A stretch of 64,000 nt of DNA from Gemmatimonadota bacterium (GTDB lineage Bacteria > Gemmatimonadota > Gemmatimonadetes > Gemmatimonadales > Gemmatimonadaceae): assembly GCA_947461225.1 (NCBI GenBank), contig CANHJV010000001.1:16962-80961 (forward strand), given 5' to 3'. Position numbers and translations under genes: made by a program. The notes under the pieces are model-generated. The model ran no database searches and was not told the DNA's origin. It saw nothing but the letters and a program-made list of their open reading frames with translations. Shown piece after piece: positions 29,428 through 39,371 of this stretch. Within the stretch, counting starts at the first letter, position 1; each line of letters starts with the position of its first letter.

Positions 29428-29466
29428 GCCCGCGTCGCTGGCGCGAGTGCGCTCGAGCGTCTGGTC

Positions 29467-29970
29467 CTACGCCGCCATGAGATCCGCCCGCGCGAACGCC
29501 AGACTCACCGCACGTCGAGCGCCACGCTTGAGTGCGCGATGCACCGACCGCGCGTAGCGCACAAAGTTCGCCCCCGCCCACGGATGTCGCGCAAAGAAGT
29601 CGAACGGCAGCATGTCGCACTTGAGGCGATTACAGGGGCCACAAGCGGTCACGAGGTTGCCCGGGTCGTGCGCCCCGCCCCGTGCGAGGGGCACGACGTG
29701 GTCGAGCGTGGCGCTGCGATGATCGAGACGCGCCGCGCAGTATACGCACCGCTGACCGCAGTCGCGCAACGCCGTGCGCCGCATGGCTTGCTTGGCGGCC
29801 ACGTGCGCGGCGATCCGTGGCCGAAGTGACGACGCCCCGGCGGAGGCGGTAAGCCTCGCGACGGGGCGCGGAGAACGGTCGGTGCGAACGAGCCGGCGCG
29901 ATGAGGGCCGGGTGCGTGCCGACGGCTGGGCCGAAGGGCATGGGCAGGAACTACCGCGACTGGAACGCAT
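29467..29970 (-). CDS. HNH endonuclease
   Basis: CVYC...TLDHVVP...GG...NLVTACGPCNRLK; AGGAGG precedes the ATGs at 29973 and 29970. Confidence 0.85.
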   Translation of the reverse strand: MRSSRGSSCPCPSAQPSARTRPSSRRLVRTDRSPRPVARLTASAGASSLRPRIAAHVAAKQAMRRTALRDCGQRCVYCAARLDHRSATLDHVVPLARGGAHDPGNLVTACGPCNRLKCDMLPFDFFARHPWAGANFVRYARSVHRALKRGARRAVSLAFARADLMAA

Positions 29971-30107
29971 CATCCTCCTGGAAAACCGGGTGGACACGCA
30001 CACCAAAGCTGGAGCGATCGCTGCTACGATCCGTCTGACCTCGCGAGGATACGATCACGTTCCTGCTCCCGTCAAGCCGAAAGCCGAACCGTTACCTCGT
30101 ATCCGAC

Positions 30108-30593
30108 TTACCCCTTCATGCCGCTGTTGGTGAGCGGATCGCGCAGCATGCTGCCGATGCGGGCGGCCATGCCGTCGAGCTGCTGGCGGTTCGGCATCTG
30201 GGATCCCGGAAACGGCAGCGGCACATCAAACCCGTCGCCCTCGCGGCGCGGGATCAGGTGGATGTGGTAATGCATCACGTTCTGGCCGGCGGCCGCGCCG
30301 GAGTTCACCACGATGTTCATGTCGGTCGCGCCCGACGCCGTTTGCACGCGCGGGATCAGCCGTGCCGCCACCATGTACAGGTGGGCACCGACGTCCTTCG
30401 GGATATCCTGCAGCACTTCGTAGTGCTCACGCGGGACGACCAGCACATGACCGGGGTTGACCGGTTGAATATCGAGGAAGGCGATGGCGACCGAATCCTC
30501 GTAGCAGATCGACACTTCGCCGGCACCGCGAATCAGGTCGCAGAACGTGCAGTGGCCGCTGGACGGCGTCATCGGAGCTGTAGGAGCATGCAT
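30108..30593 (-). CDS. HIT family hydrolase
   Basis: CTFC, FLDIQP, GHVLVVP, AGQ, HYHIHLIP. Confidence 0.95.
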   Translation of the reverse strand: MHAPTAPMTPSSGHCTFCDLIRGAGEVSICYEDSVAIAFLDIQPVNPGHVLVVPREHYEVLQDIPKDVGAHLYMVAARLIPRVQTASGATDMNIVVNSGAAAGQNVMHYHIHLIPRREGDGFDVPLPFPGSQMPNRQQLDGMAARIGSMLRDPLTNSGMKG

Positions 30594-30747
30594 AGGATTT
30601 CACCAAAGAGTGGAGATCGTCTTGCCAACCTGACGCCAAAACCATCGTCCGGCAAGCATGGCATGATCCCGGCCGGAGAAAGTCCTTTCCGCTCGCGAAC
30701 GCGCTAAGTTGCAGCGTTGTCTGTCTCCAGCCCTCCAGATCACTTCG

Positions 30748-32874
30748 ATGGCCACTTCGACCCGCCCGAGCCGCCCCCGCAAGGGAGCTGCCGCCGAGAC
30801 CGCGCTCACGCGTGAGCAGATGGTACACGCCTACCGCGTGATGTACACGTCGCGCCGGTTGGACGACAAAGAGATTCAGCTCAAGCGCCAGAACAAGATC
30901 TTCTTCCAGATCTCAGGCGCCGGCCATGAAGCCGTGCTCGCTGCGGCCGGTCTGGTGCTGCGTCCGTCGCACGACTGGTTCTACTTGTATTACCGCGACC
31001 GGGCACTCTGCCTGCAGCTTGGCATGACGCCGGCCGAAATGCTGTACAGTGCCGTCGGCGCCGCGATCGACCCGAACTCGGGTGGTCGTCAGATGCCGAG
31101 CCACTGGGGCAGCAAGGCGCTCCACATCGCGTCGGTGTCCTCGCCGACCGGTACGCAGTTCCTGCAGGCGGTCGGCAACGCCGAAGCCACGCTGCGCGCT
31201 TCCCAGGGCGGGATCGCCGACGGCTTTCCCGGCGACGAAGTCACCCTCGTCACCACCGGCGACGGCACGACGAGCGAAGGCGAGTTCTGGGAGTCGCTGA
31301 ATACAGCGTGCAACCTCAAGCTCCCGATCGTCTATCTCGTGGAGGACAACGGCTACGCGATCTCCGTGCCGGTCGAGGTAAACACCGCCGGCGGATCGAT
31401 CTCCAAGCTCGTGGCGTCGTTTCCCGGCCTGTACATCGAGGAAGTCGATGGCTGCGACTTCCACGCCTCGTATGCGGCGATGGAGCGCGCGGTGGCGTAC
31501 GCGCGCGAACGGAAGGGGCCGGCCTTCGTGCACGCGAAGGTGATCCGCCCGTATTCGCATTCGCTCTCCGACGACGAGGTGTTCTACCGTCCGCAGGACG
31601 AGCGGGACGTCGACGCGGCGCGCGATCCGCTCCGCACGTTCCCGGCCTATCTCGTGGCCGAGGGGCTCGCCACGGAGGCCGAACTCGAGGCGCTGCGCGA
31701 GGAGGTCGACGCGCTGATTCTCGAGGCCACCGACGACGCGCTGGCGCAGCCGCAGCCGGCGGCCGACATGGTCACCTACGGCGTATACGCGCCAGATGTC
31801 GACCCGACGGCGGAACCCTTCGATACCGAGGACGATCCGCAGTTCACCGGCGAGCCCACCACCATGGTGGATCTGCTCAATGCCTGCATGCGCGACGAGA
31901 TGGCGCGCGACGAACGCATCCTGGTGTTCGGCGAAGACGTGGCCGACGTCTCTCGCGAAGAGCACCTGGGCAAGGTCAAGGGCAAGGGCGGTGTGTTCAA
32001 GGTGACCCACGGCCTGCAGACCAGGTTCGGTGGCGGCCGCGTATACAACTCGCCGCTGGCCGAGGCCAACATCATTGGTCGCGCCATCGGACTGGCCCAC
32101 CGCGGGTACAAGCCGGTCGTCGAGATCCAGTTCTTCGACTATATCTGGCCGGCGTTCATGCAGATCCGCGACGAACTCGCCACGATGCGTTGGCGCTCCA
32201 ACAATTCGTTCACCGCGCCGGTCGTGATCCGTACCACGTACGGCGGCTACATCCGCGGTGGCCCCTACCACTCGCAAACGGGCGCGTCGCTGTTCACGCA
32301 CACCCCCGGTCTGCGCGTGGTGTGCCCCAGCAACGCGCTCGACGCGAATGGGCTGCTGCGCACCGCCATCCGCAGCGACGACCCGGTGCTCTTCCTCGAA
32401 CACAAGCACCTGTATCGCCAGACGTACAATAAAGGCCGCTATCCGGGCCCCAACTTCATGATCCCGTTCGGCAAGGCGAACATTCTGCGCGCAGGCACCG
32501 ATGTCACGCTGGTGACCTACGGCGCCACTGTGCAGCGCGCCCTCGTGGCGGCGAATCAGATCGCCGAGGAAGGGGGACCCAGCGTGGAGGTGATCGACCT
32601 GCGCACGCTCTCGCCGTGGGACGAGGAGGCCGTGTTCTCCAGTGTGAAGAAGACCGGCCGGGTCATTGTGGCCACCGAGGATTCGCGCTCGTGGGGCTAC
32701 GGCGCCGAGATCGCCGCGCGCATCGCGGATGAATGCTTCGCGTGGCTCGATGCGCCCGTGAAGCGCGTGGCCAGCCGAGATGTCTTTGTGGGATACGCGC
32801 CGTCGCTGGAAGATGCGACGCTGCCTCAAGTGGACACCTTCCGTACCGCGTACCTCGAGATCGTGCAGTACTGA
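30748..32874 (+). CDS. 2-oxoacid (probably branched-chain) dehydrogenase E1, fused alpha/beta subunits
   Basis: YYRD, GRQMPSH, TPP motif GDG...EDN, HSLSDD; beta half FGEDV, NSPLAE, EIQFFDY, EHK. Confidence 0.93.
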   Translation: MATSTRPSRPRKGAAAETALTREQMVHAYRVMYTSRRLDDKEIQLKRQNKIFFQISGAGHEAVLAAAGLVLRPSHDWFYLYYRDRALCLQLGMTPAEMLYSAVGAAIDPNSGGRQMPSHWGSKALHIASVSSPTGTQFLQAVGNAEATLRASQGGIADGFPGDEVTLVTTGDGTTSEGEFWESLNTACNLKLPIVYLVEDNGYAISVPVEVNTAGGSISKLVASFPGLYIEEVDGCDFHASYAAMERAVAYARERKGPAFVHAKVIRPYSHSLSDDEVFYRPQDERDVDAARDPLRTFPAYLVAEGLATEAELEALREEVDALILEATDDALAQPQPAADMVTYGVYAPDVDPTAEPFDTEDDPQFTGEPTTMVDLLNACMRDEMARDERILVFGEDVADVSREEHLGKVKGKGGVFKVTHGLQTRFGGGRVYNSPLAEANIIGRAIGLAHRGYKPVVEIQFFDYIWPAFMQIRDELATMRWRSNNSFTAPVVIRTTYGGYIRGGPYHSQTGASLFTHTPGLRVVCPSNALDANGLLRTAIRSDDPVLFLEHKHLYRQTYNKGRYPGPNFMIPFGKANILRAGTDVTLVTYGATVQRALVAANQIAEEGGPSVEVIDLRTLSPWDEEAVFSSVKKTGRVIVATEDSRSWGYGAEIAARIADECFAWLDAPVKRVASRDVFVGYAPSLEDATLPQVDTFRTAYLEIVQY

Positions 32875-32904
32875 TCCCCGCGAACCGGCAGGGACCGCAT
32901 CGCA

Positions 32905-32945
32905 CAGCACCCCGGCGTCGCCACAGAGGCAGCGCCGGGGTGTTG
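32905..32945 (+). terminator. GC-rich hairpin after the E1 gene (possible terminator or stabiliser)
   Basis: cagcaccccggcg...cgccggggtgttg; no clear U-tract. Confidence 0.45.
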
Positions 32946-33072
32946 CGTTGCGGGGCCTTCAACGGCGGCGCGTCCGGAGCCGGCCTCCATCCGCCCCCGC
33001 GCCACTCCGCACTATGGCGCTCGTCGGCCCCGGCCATAGCTTCCTCGCTGTCCCCTCACATCCGGAGTTTCG

Positions 33073-36015
33073 ATGTTCGCTCTCCCGAGGCGCTCCCTCG
33101 CCATCGGTGCGCTGGTGCTCGCCGCCCCCGCCGCGCTCGTCGCCCAGCCGGCCGCGGGCCCCGCCCGCCCCGGCGCCCCCCGCGCCATCACGCCGACTGA
33201 TATTTCGGCCTGGAAGTCCATCCGCGGCCCGTCGCTGTCCAACGACGGGGCGTGGTTCGCCTACACGGTCGCGCCGAACGAAGGCGACGCTGAGGTGGTG
33301 ATCCGCCAGACGGCATCGGGTGGTAAAGAGCATCGCTTCCCGATCGGCGAAGCGCCGGCGGCAGCGGGCGGACCCGGCGGCGGGGGCAATGCCGCCCTCC
33401 AGCTCTCCGGCGACGGCAAGTGGGCCGCCATGCTGGTGTATCCCAAGGCGGCCGATCAGAAGCGCATGCGCCGCGAGCGTCGCGCCGTGCAGTCGAAGCT
33501 CCGGCTGGTGAATCTCGCCACCGGCGAGGCACGCGAGTTCGACAAGATCCGACGCTTCTCGTTCGGTGGTGACGCGCCGAAGTGGGTCGCGATGCAGGCC
33601 TATGCGCCCGAAGCGAACGGCGGCGGTGGTGGCGGTGGCGGCGGTGGCGGTTTGCCGGGCCCCGGCGCGCCGGGCATGGGCGGGAACCCGCTCGGCGGCG
33701 GCGCGGGCCGCGTGGACGGCACCGACCTGTTGCTCCACGAGTTGGGCACCAACGCGAGCTTCAACGTGGGCAACGTGGGCGACTTCGCCTTTGACGACAA
33801 CGGCCGGTGGCTCAGCTACACCATCGATGCGCGCGATCAGCTTGGCAACGGCGTGCAGCTGCGCGATCTCGCGACCGGCACGGTGAAGTCGATCGACGCC
33901 GGCAAGGCGCTGTATCGTCGCCTCGCGTGGACCGACAGTTTTCCCGCGTTTGCGTATCTCAAGGGCACGATCGACAGCGCCGCCACCGACACCACGTGGT
34001 CGGCCGCCGCCGTATCCCGCGTAGGTACGCCTACGCAGCAGATGATTGCCGTGGGTACCAGCGGTTCCGCTGCCCTGCCCAACGGCATGGAAGTGAGCCC
34101 CGAGCGCACGCCGCGCTGGCTGGAGCAGATGGACGGCCTCGCGATCGGCCTCCGCGTGGCCACGCCGCCGGTGCCCAAGAGCGAGCAGCTCGACGACGAC
34201 GATCGTCCGTCGCTCATTCTCTGGCACAGCAAGGACGCGCGCCTGCAGTCGATGCAGATCGTGCAGGAGAACGCCGACAAGAGCTTCTCATTCCTCGCGA
34301 CGTACCTGCCGGCCACGCAGAAGGTGGTACAGCTCACCGATGACGTGGTCCGCACCGGCACGCTCGGCGCGCGCGATCGCTACGTGCTCGGCACCGACAA
34401 TCAGGCGTACGAGCGCCAGAGCAGCACCGACGGCATCCAGCGCCGCGATCTGTATCTCATCGACGCCCGCACCGGCACGCGCACGCTGGTAAAGAAGGAG
34501 CTGCGTGGCACGTCCACGCTGTCGCCCGACGGCAAGTCGGTGCTCTTCTGGGATGACGGCAACTTCCACGCGTACGACGTGGCCACGAAAGCCATCGCGA
34601 ACGTGACGGCGGGCGCACCGGTGTCGTTCATCGACACCGAAGACGATCACAACGTGGACCGCCCCAGCACGAACATCGTGGGCTGGAGCAAGGATGGACG
34701 CTTCGCGCTCATCAGCGACAACTACGACGTGTGGCGCATCGGCATGGCGGGCAAGAGCTGGGCGAATCTCACGGTGAACGGTCGCGCCACGCGCACACGC
34801 TATACCCGCGTGATCAACACCGACCCGCGCGAGCGCAACATCGACCTCGCCAAGCCGGTGTACATGGCCGCGCAGCAGGCGCTCACCAAGAAGGAAGCGA
34901 TCGTGCGTATCGATCCGGCCAAGGCGGGCGCGGTGGCGATCACCGGCTGGCGCGATGCGCGTCATGCGCCGATGAAGGCGCGCGACGCCGAGGTGTGGGT
35001 GTCGTCGATTCAGACGTCCACGCGGTTCCCCGATTACTGGCGCGTGAGTTTCGGCAACGGCGCGATTGCCGACTCGGTGCGCTTGTCGGATGCGAACCCG
35101 AACCTGAACGGCGTGGCGTGGTCGGCCGGCTCGCGCATTGTGAACTACGTGACCGAAAAGGGCGACTCGCTGCAGGGCGCGCTCTATCTCCCCGCGGGCT
35201 ACGAAGAAGGCAAGAAGTATCCGACGCTGGTGTTCATTTACGAGCTGCAGTCGGACAACCTGAATAGCTTCTACTCGCCGAACTTCTCGAGCTCGCCGAA
35301 CGCCCTGATCGGCGTGCACAACTCGCGCGGCTATGCGGTGTTCCTGCCGGACATCGTGTACAAGCTCAACGATCCGGGCATGAGCGCGGTGTGGAGCGTG
35401 GTGCCGGCGGTGAAGGCGGCCATCAAGACGGGTGTCGTGGACTCGGCCAACGTGGGCTTGCACGGTCACTCGTGGGGCGGTTACCAGACGGCGTTCCTGA
35501 TCGGCCAGACCAACATCTTCAAGAGCGCCGTGGCCGGCGCACCGCTCACCGACATGGTGAGCATGTACAGCTCGGTGTACTGGAACTCCGGCAGCACGAA
35601 CCAGGGCATCTTCCAGAGCTCGCAGGGTCGCTTCAAGGGCAACTTCCTGGAGAACAAGGACGCCTACGAGCGCAATTCGCCCAACCGCTTCGCCGACAAG
35701 GTGAAGACGCCGCTCATCATTCTGCACGATGACAAGGACGGCGCGGTCGATTTCAATCAGGGCATCACGTTCTACAACACGCTGCGTCAGCTCGACAAGG
35801 ACGTGATCCTGCTGGAGTACGTGGGCGAGAATCACGGCCTCGCGCAGCTCAAGAACCGCAAGGACTACGATCTGCGGCTCATGGAGTACTGGGACAGCTA
35901 CCTGAAGGGGGAGAAAGCCCCGGAGTGGCTGGCCAAGGGCATCCCGCGCCTCAAGCTGGAAGAGCATCTGCGCGAGCAGAAGAAGAAGCTCGAGGGGAAG
36001 AAGATCGCGATGTAA
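33073..36015 (+). CDS. S9 family (prolyl oligopeptidase/DPP-like) secreted peptidase
   Basis: Signal peptide, beta-propeller region, GHSWGG (Ser), DGAV (Asp), ENHG (His). Confidence 0.93.
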   Translation: MFALPRRSLAIGALVLAAPAALVAQPAAGPARPGAPRAITPTDISAWKSIRGPSLSNDGAWFAYTVAPNEGDAEVVIRQTASGGKEHRFPIGEAPAAAGGPGGGGNAALQLSGDGKWAAMLVYPKAADQKRMRRERRAVQSKLRLVNLATGEAREFDKIRRFSFGGDAPKWVAMQAYAPEANGGGGGGGGGGGLPGPGAPGMGGNPLGGGAGRVDGTDLLLHELGTNASFNVGNVGDFAFDDNGRWLSYTIDARDQLGNGVQLRDLATGTVKSIDAGKALYRRLAWTDSFPAFAYLKGTIDSAATDTTWSAAAVSRVGTPTQQMIAVGTSGSAALPNGMEVSPERTPRWLEQMDGLAIGLRVATPPVPKSEQLDDDDRPSLILWHSKDARLQSMQIVQENADKSFSFLATYLPATQKVVQLTDDVVRTGTLGARDRYVLGTDNQAYERQSSTDGIQRRDLYLIDARTGTRTLVKKELRGTSTLSPDGKSVLFWDDGNFHAYDVATKAIANVTAGAPVSFIDTEDDHNVDRPSTNIVGWSKDGRFALISDNYDVWRIGMAGKSWANLTVNGRATRTRYTRVINTDPRERNIDLAKPVYMAAQQALTKKEAIVRIDPAKAGAVAITGWRDARHAPMKARDAEVWVSSIQTSTRFPDYWRVSFGNGAIADSVRLSDANPNLNGVAWSAGSRIVNYVTEKGDSLQGALYLPAGYEEGKKYPTLVFIYELQSDNLNSFYSPNFSSSPNALIGVHNSRGYAVFLPDIVYKLNDPGMSAVWSVVPAVKAAIKTGVVDSANVGLHGHSWGGYQTAFLIGQTNIFKSAVAGAPLTDMVSMYSSVYWNSGSTNQGIFQSSQGRFKGNFLENKDAYERNSPNRFADKVKTPLIILHDDKDGAVDFNQGITFYNTLRQLDKDVILLEYVGENHGLAQLKNRKDYDLRLMEYWDSYLKGEKAPEWLAKGIPRLKLEEHLREQKKKLEGKKIAM

Positions 36016-36409
36016 CCAGACCGATCGGCGCTCCTTCACGTAGCGTCCGATCAGGTCGAATCGGCTGCGGGCAGCGGGTCACCCTGCCAACCGTCCGCCC
36101 GCAGCCTAATGGACACGGGCCGCGAGCTGATCGCCCGCGGCCGACGCCGACCTGGTCGTGCTCGATGCCGCTACCGCGTCCGTGACGTGCTGGCGCGTGG
36201 AGGTTGGCACATTCCGGGCGGAATGACCGTTCGCCGTGGCACCTTCGAGACAGCGTAACGCCGTTCTCCTGACGCGCCGGAATCGGGGTGTGAAATTCGG
36301 CGCAAGATGATGTTTGTGTAAGGAAACAAGTATTGACTTAATCGCCCTTTGGCTGGAACTTGGGTCTCCGGCTGTTGTTCGTGACAGCAGGCAACTGTTT
36401 CAAGACATA

Positions 36410-36621
36410 GGCATTTGGTCAACGACCCCGACACTGGGGTCGGCGCTAAGAGGGAACCCGGTGCGATTCCGGGGCGGCCCCGCCGCTGTGAGGGATGACG
36501 AAGGAGCTGCACGCCACTGGGTACTCATGTCTGGGTACACGGGAAGGCCGCTCCAGAGGATGAATCCCGAGCCAGAAGACCTACCAGATTGCCGGAGTCC
36601 GCGCGCACCCTCGAGGGAGGG
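36410..36621 (+). ncRNA. Cobalamin (AdoCbl) riboswitch
   Basis: Conserved blocks AAGAGGGAA-CCCGGTGCGATTCCGGG-GCGGCCCCGCCGCTGTGA, GCCACTG...GGGAAGG, B12 box GAGCCAGAAGACCTACC. ggcatttggt pairs with accagattgcc; P13-like hairpin ccct-cgaggg-aggg. Confidence 0.93.
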
Positions 36622-36672
36622 CACGCCGGGGATTGCTGCGTGCCATTCGCTTGAGTGGCGCCAGCTCCGCTG

Positions 36673-36708
36673 GGCTCCTTGCTGCGCATCGCAAGGAGCC
36701 TGTTTTGT
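36673..36708 (+). terminator. Terminator-like hairpin in the riboswitch expression platform
   Basis: ggctccttgc-tgcgcatc-gcaaggagcc followed by tgttttgt. Confidence 0.6.
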
Positions 36709-36789
36709 CCCCCGGCGTCCGCCGAGGGACGAAAGCGCAGGTCCTCGGGGGTGTGCATTTAATCGCTGGTTCACCCGAAGGAGGCTCAG

Positions 36790-39210
36790 TTGGCCACGTC
36801 CGTCGCCCCCCGCAGTTCCGAGATCCGAGCCAGCTACGACGCCGTCGGGATGAAGGCAGTCACCGAGGTCGTCAACCGTGACGGCCGGTCATCCGCGTGG
36901 GATCCGGAGCGTATCACTCGTGCGATCGCGCTCGCGTTTTACGCGTCGCGTCACGACGATGCGCCCAATCCGCTGCACGATGACGCCGCCCACCGCTTCG
37001 GCCTCGGCTTCACCGACTTTGCCGACGTCTGCGCGATCACGCAGCTGGTGGTGAACACCGTCGAGCGTCGGGCCCAGGATCATGTCCCCACGGTCGAAGA
37101 GATCCAGGACATCGTCGAAATGATGATCGCCGCCCGCGGTCATTGGGACATCGCCAAGCGCTACGTGCTGTATCGCGCCGCCCGCGCCCAGCATCGCATC
37201 AACGTGCACGCCGAGAACGGCTTGCAGGACTACATCTTCCTCTCGCGCTACTCGCGCTACCGGGAAGATCTCGGTCGCCGCGAAACGCCGTCGGAAGCGT
37301 TCACACGCGTGATGGACATGCACCGCGACCACTTCGCCGACCGGGTCGACCTTCCGGTCGCCGGTTTCGGTGGACGCACCATGCGGGCCCTCATGGCGGA
37401 AACGGAGGCTGCGCTGCAGCGTCGCGCGATCCTGCCCTCCATGCGCTCCCTGCAGTTCGGCGGCCGGGCCATCGAAGCGAACAACGCGCGCATGTTCAAC
37501 TGCGCCTTCACGCACATGGACCGGCTCGACGCGTTCAAGGAATCCTTCTTCCTGCTCATGTCGGGCACGGGCGTCGGCTTCAGCGTGCAGAAGCAGCACG
37601 TGGCACAGCTCCCCACCTTCCCGCTCCGGGCGGCGGAGAACGAGCTGCCCGTGGTGCACCACCTGGTGCCCGATACGCTCGAAGGGTGGGCGGATGCCCT
37701 CGACGCCCTGATCCGCTCGTACCTCGACGGCACCAAGGTCGAGTTCAACTTCAGCGCCGTTCGCTCGCGTGGCCAGCCGTTGCGCACCTCTGGGGGGCGC
37801 GCGCCGGGTCACTTGCCGCTCAAGAAGGCGCTGTTGGCGGCCGAACGGATGCTCGAGCAGGTGCCGGGCCGCGCGCTCCGTCCGATCGAAGTGTACGACA
37901 TCATGATGCACGTGGCGGTCGCCGTGCTCTCCGGCGGCATCCGTCGCTCGGCCACCATCTGCCTGTTCTCGTCGGACGACGACGAAATGGCGGCGGCCAA
38001 GACGGGCAACTGGTTCGAGACCAACCCGCAGCGCGGTAAGTCGAACAACTCCGCCGTGCTCGTGCGCGAGACGGTGCAGCCGTCCGACTTCTCGAAGCTG
38101 TTCGAGTTCCAGAAGGAGTTCGGTGAACCCGGCTTCTACTTCGTGGACGACGCCGAGTATGGCGCCAATCCGTGCGTGGAAATCGGCCTCGCGCCGTACA
38201 TGATCGTGGACGAAGCGGCGCAGGCGAAGCTCGCGAAGTACGGCCGTCCCGATGTCGCGATCGGCTCGCGCGTGTCGGGCTGGCAGATGTGCAACCTGAC
38301 CACGATCAACGCCGGCGCCTGCGACAGCGAAGAGTCGTTCCTGGCGTGCTGCCGCGCGGCGGCGTTGCTGGGCACGATGCAGGCGGCCTACACCAACATT
38401 CCGTACCTCGGTGCCGCCACGCGTGTGATCAACGAGCGTGAGTCGCTGCTGGGTGTCTCCATCTGCGGCATTCTCGATCGTCCGTCGCTGCTGCTCAATC
38501 CGTCGGTGCTGGAGCGTGGCGCCAAGGAATGCCTCGATACCAACGCGGCGATCGCCGAACATCTTGGCATCGAGCCGGCCGCGCGTATCACGTGCGTGAA
38601 GCCGGAAGGCACCGCCAGCCTCGTGCTGGGCGCGGGCTCGGGCATCCATCCGCACCATGCGCGTCACTACTTCCGTCGCGTGCAGGCCGCGCGCACGGAG
38701 CCGTTGTACCAGTGGTTCAAGCTGCACAATCCGCACATGACCGAAACGTCGGTGTGGGATCCCGAGACGACTGACGTGATCACCTTCCCGGTGAGCGCCG
38801 AGCCCGACGCGATCCTGCGCGAAGATGTGGGCGCCGTGCAGTTCCTCGAGTACGTGCGTCTGGTGCAGGAGCACTGGGTCCGCGCCGGTCGTCGTCACGA
38901 GCAGTACAACCCGGGCCTGCACCACAACGTCTCCAACACCGTCACCGTGAAGGACGACGAGTGGGAAGCCGTGCAGCAGTTCATCTGGGACAATAAGGAA
39001 TACTTCGCCGGCATCTCGCTGCTGCGCGAAACGGGTGACAAGATTTACGCGCAGGCGCCGCGCGAGGAAGTCACGACCGAGTCCGACATGATCCGCTGGA
39101 ACGCGCTGTCGTATCGCGAGGTCGACTACACCATGCTGCTGGAAGGCGTGGACATGACCACGCTCGCCGACACGGTGGCGTGTGCGGGTGGGGCGTGCGA
39201 GATCATTTAG
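36790..39210 (+). CDS. nrdJ: Ribonucleotide reductase, class II monomeric RTPR-like, with N-terminal ATP-cone
   Basis: AAGGAGG RBS then TTG start; ATP-cone (VVNRDG...VEEIQDIVE...AKRYVLYR); PSMRSLQFGG, NCAF, GTGVGFS, GGIRRSA, NPCVE, CNL, TCVKPEGT, YAQAPREE, C-terminal CAGGAC. No YY dyad and no adjacent nrdB. Confidence 0.85.
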   Translation: MATSVAPRSSEIRASYDAVGMKAVTEVVNRDGRSSAWDPERITRAIALAFYASRHDDAPNPLHDDAAHRFGLGFTDFADVCAITQLVVNTVERRAQDHVPTVEEIQDIVEMMIAARGHWDIAKRYVLYRAARAQHRINVHAENGLQDYIFLSRYSRYREDLGRRETPSEAFTRVMDMHRDHFADRVDLPVAGFGGRTMRALMAETEAALQRRAILPSMRSLQFGGRAIEANNARMFNCAFTHMDRLDAFKESFFLLMSGTGVGFSVQKQHVAQLPTFPLRAAENELPVVHHLVPDTLEGWADALDALIRSYLDGTKVEFNFSAVRSRGQPLRTSGGRAPGHLPLKKALLAAERMLEQVPGRALRPIEVYDIMMHVAVAVLSGGIRRSATICLFSSDDDEMAAAKTGNWFETNPQRGKSNNSAVLVRETVQPSDFSKLFEFQKEFGEPGFYFVDDAEYGANPCVEIGLAPYMIVDEAAQAKLAKYGRPDVAIGSRVSGWQMCNLTTINAGACDSEESFLACCRAAALLGTMQAAYTNIPYLGAATRVINERESLLGVSICGILDRPSLLLNPSVLERGAKECLDTNAAIAEHLGIEPAARITCVKPEGTASLVLGAGSGIHPHHARHYFRRVQAARTEPLYQWFKLHNPHMTETSVWDPETTDVITFPVSAEPDAILREDVGAVQFLEYVRLVQEHWVRAGRRHEQYNPGLHHNVSNTVTVKDDEWEAVQQFIWDNKEYFAGISLLRETGDKIYAQAPREEVTTESDMIRWNALSYREVDYTMLLEGVDMTTLADTVACAGGACEII

Positions 39211-39237
39211 GCGAGTGCTGGTGAACTGACCGAACCA

Positions 39238-39347
39238 AACACCCTAGGAAACAGGAAGGAGGGTATCAGGACGGAGGAAGCAGGTGAACCGCGCGTGGTT
39301 CCTGCTTCCTGCCCCCTGATACCCTCCTTCCTGCTTCCTAGGGTGTT
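39238..39347 (+). repeat. ~110-bp palindromic element, copy 1
   Basis: aacaccctagg...gggtatcagg...ggaagcagg-tgaaccgcgcgtggtt-cctgcttcc...cctgataccc...cctagggtgtt. Confidence 0.9.
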
Positions 39348-39371
39348 GGCTTTTCTGTTCAGTTACCCAGC

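Noticed and set aside
29467-29970. HNH genes as part of a restriction, defence or homing system
   Set aside because: No methyltransferase, ATPase, intron, integrase or phage genes are adjacent.
36290-36420. NrdR box or sigma-70 promoter upstream of the riboswitch
   Set aside because: There is an AT-rich patch with TTGACT, but I found no convincing -10 element at proper spacing and no good match to the NrdR palindrome.
36790-39210. RNR as class I NrdA or class III NrdD, which would fit an ordinary OFF riboswitch
   Set aside because: No C-terminal YY pair, no glycyl-radical RxxGY loop, and no nrdB or nrdG nearby. The motifs fit monomeric class II, although a phylogeny is still needed.
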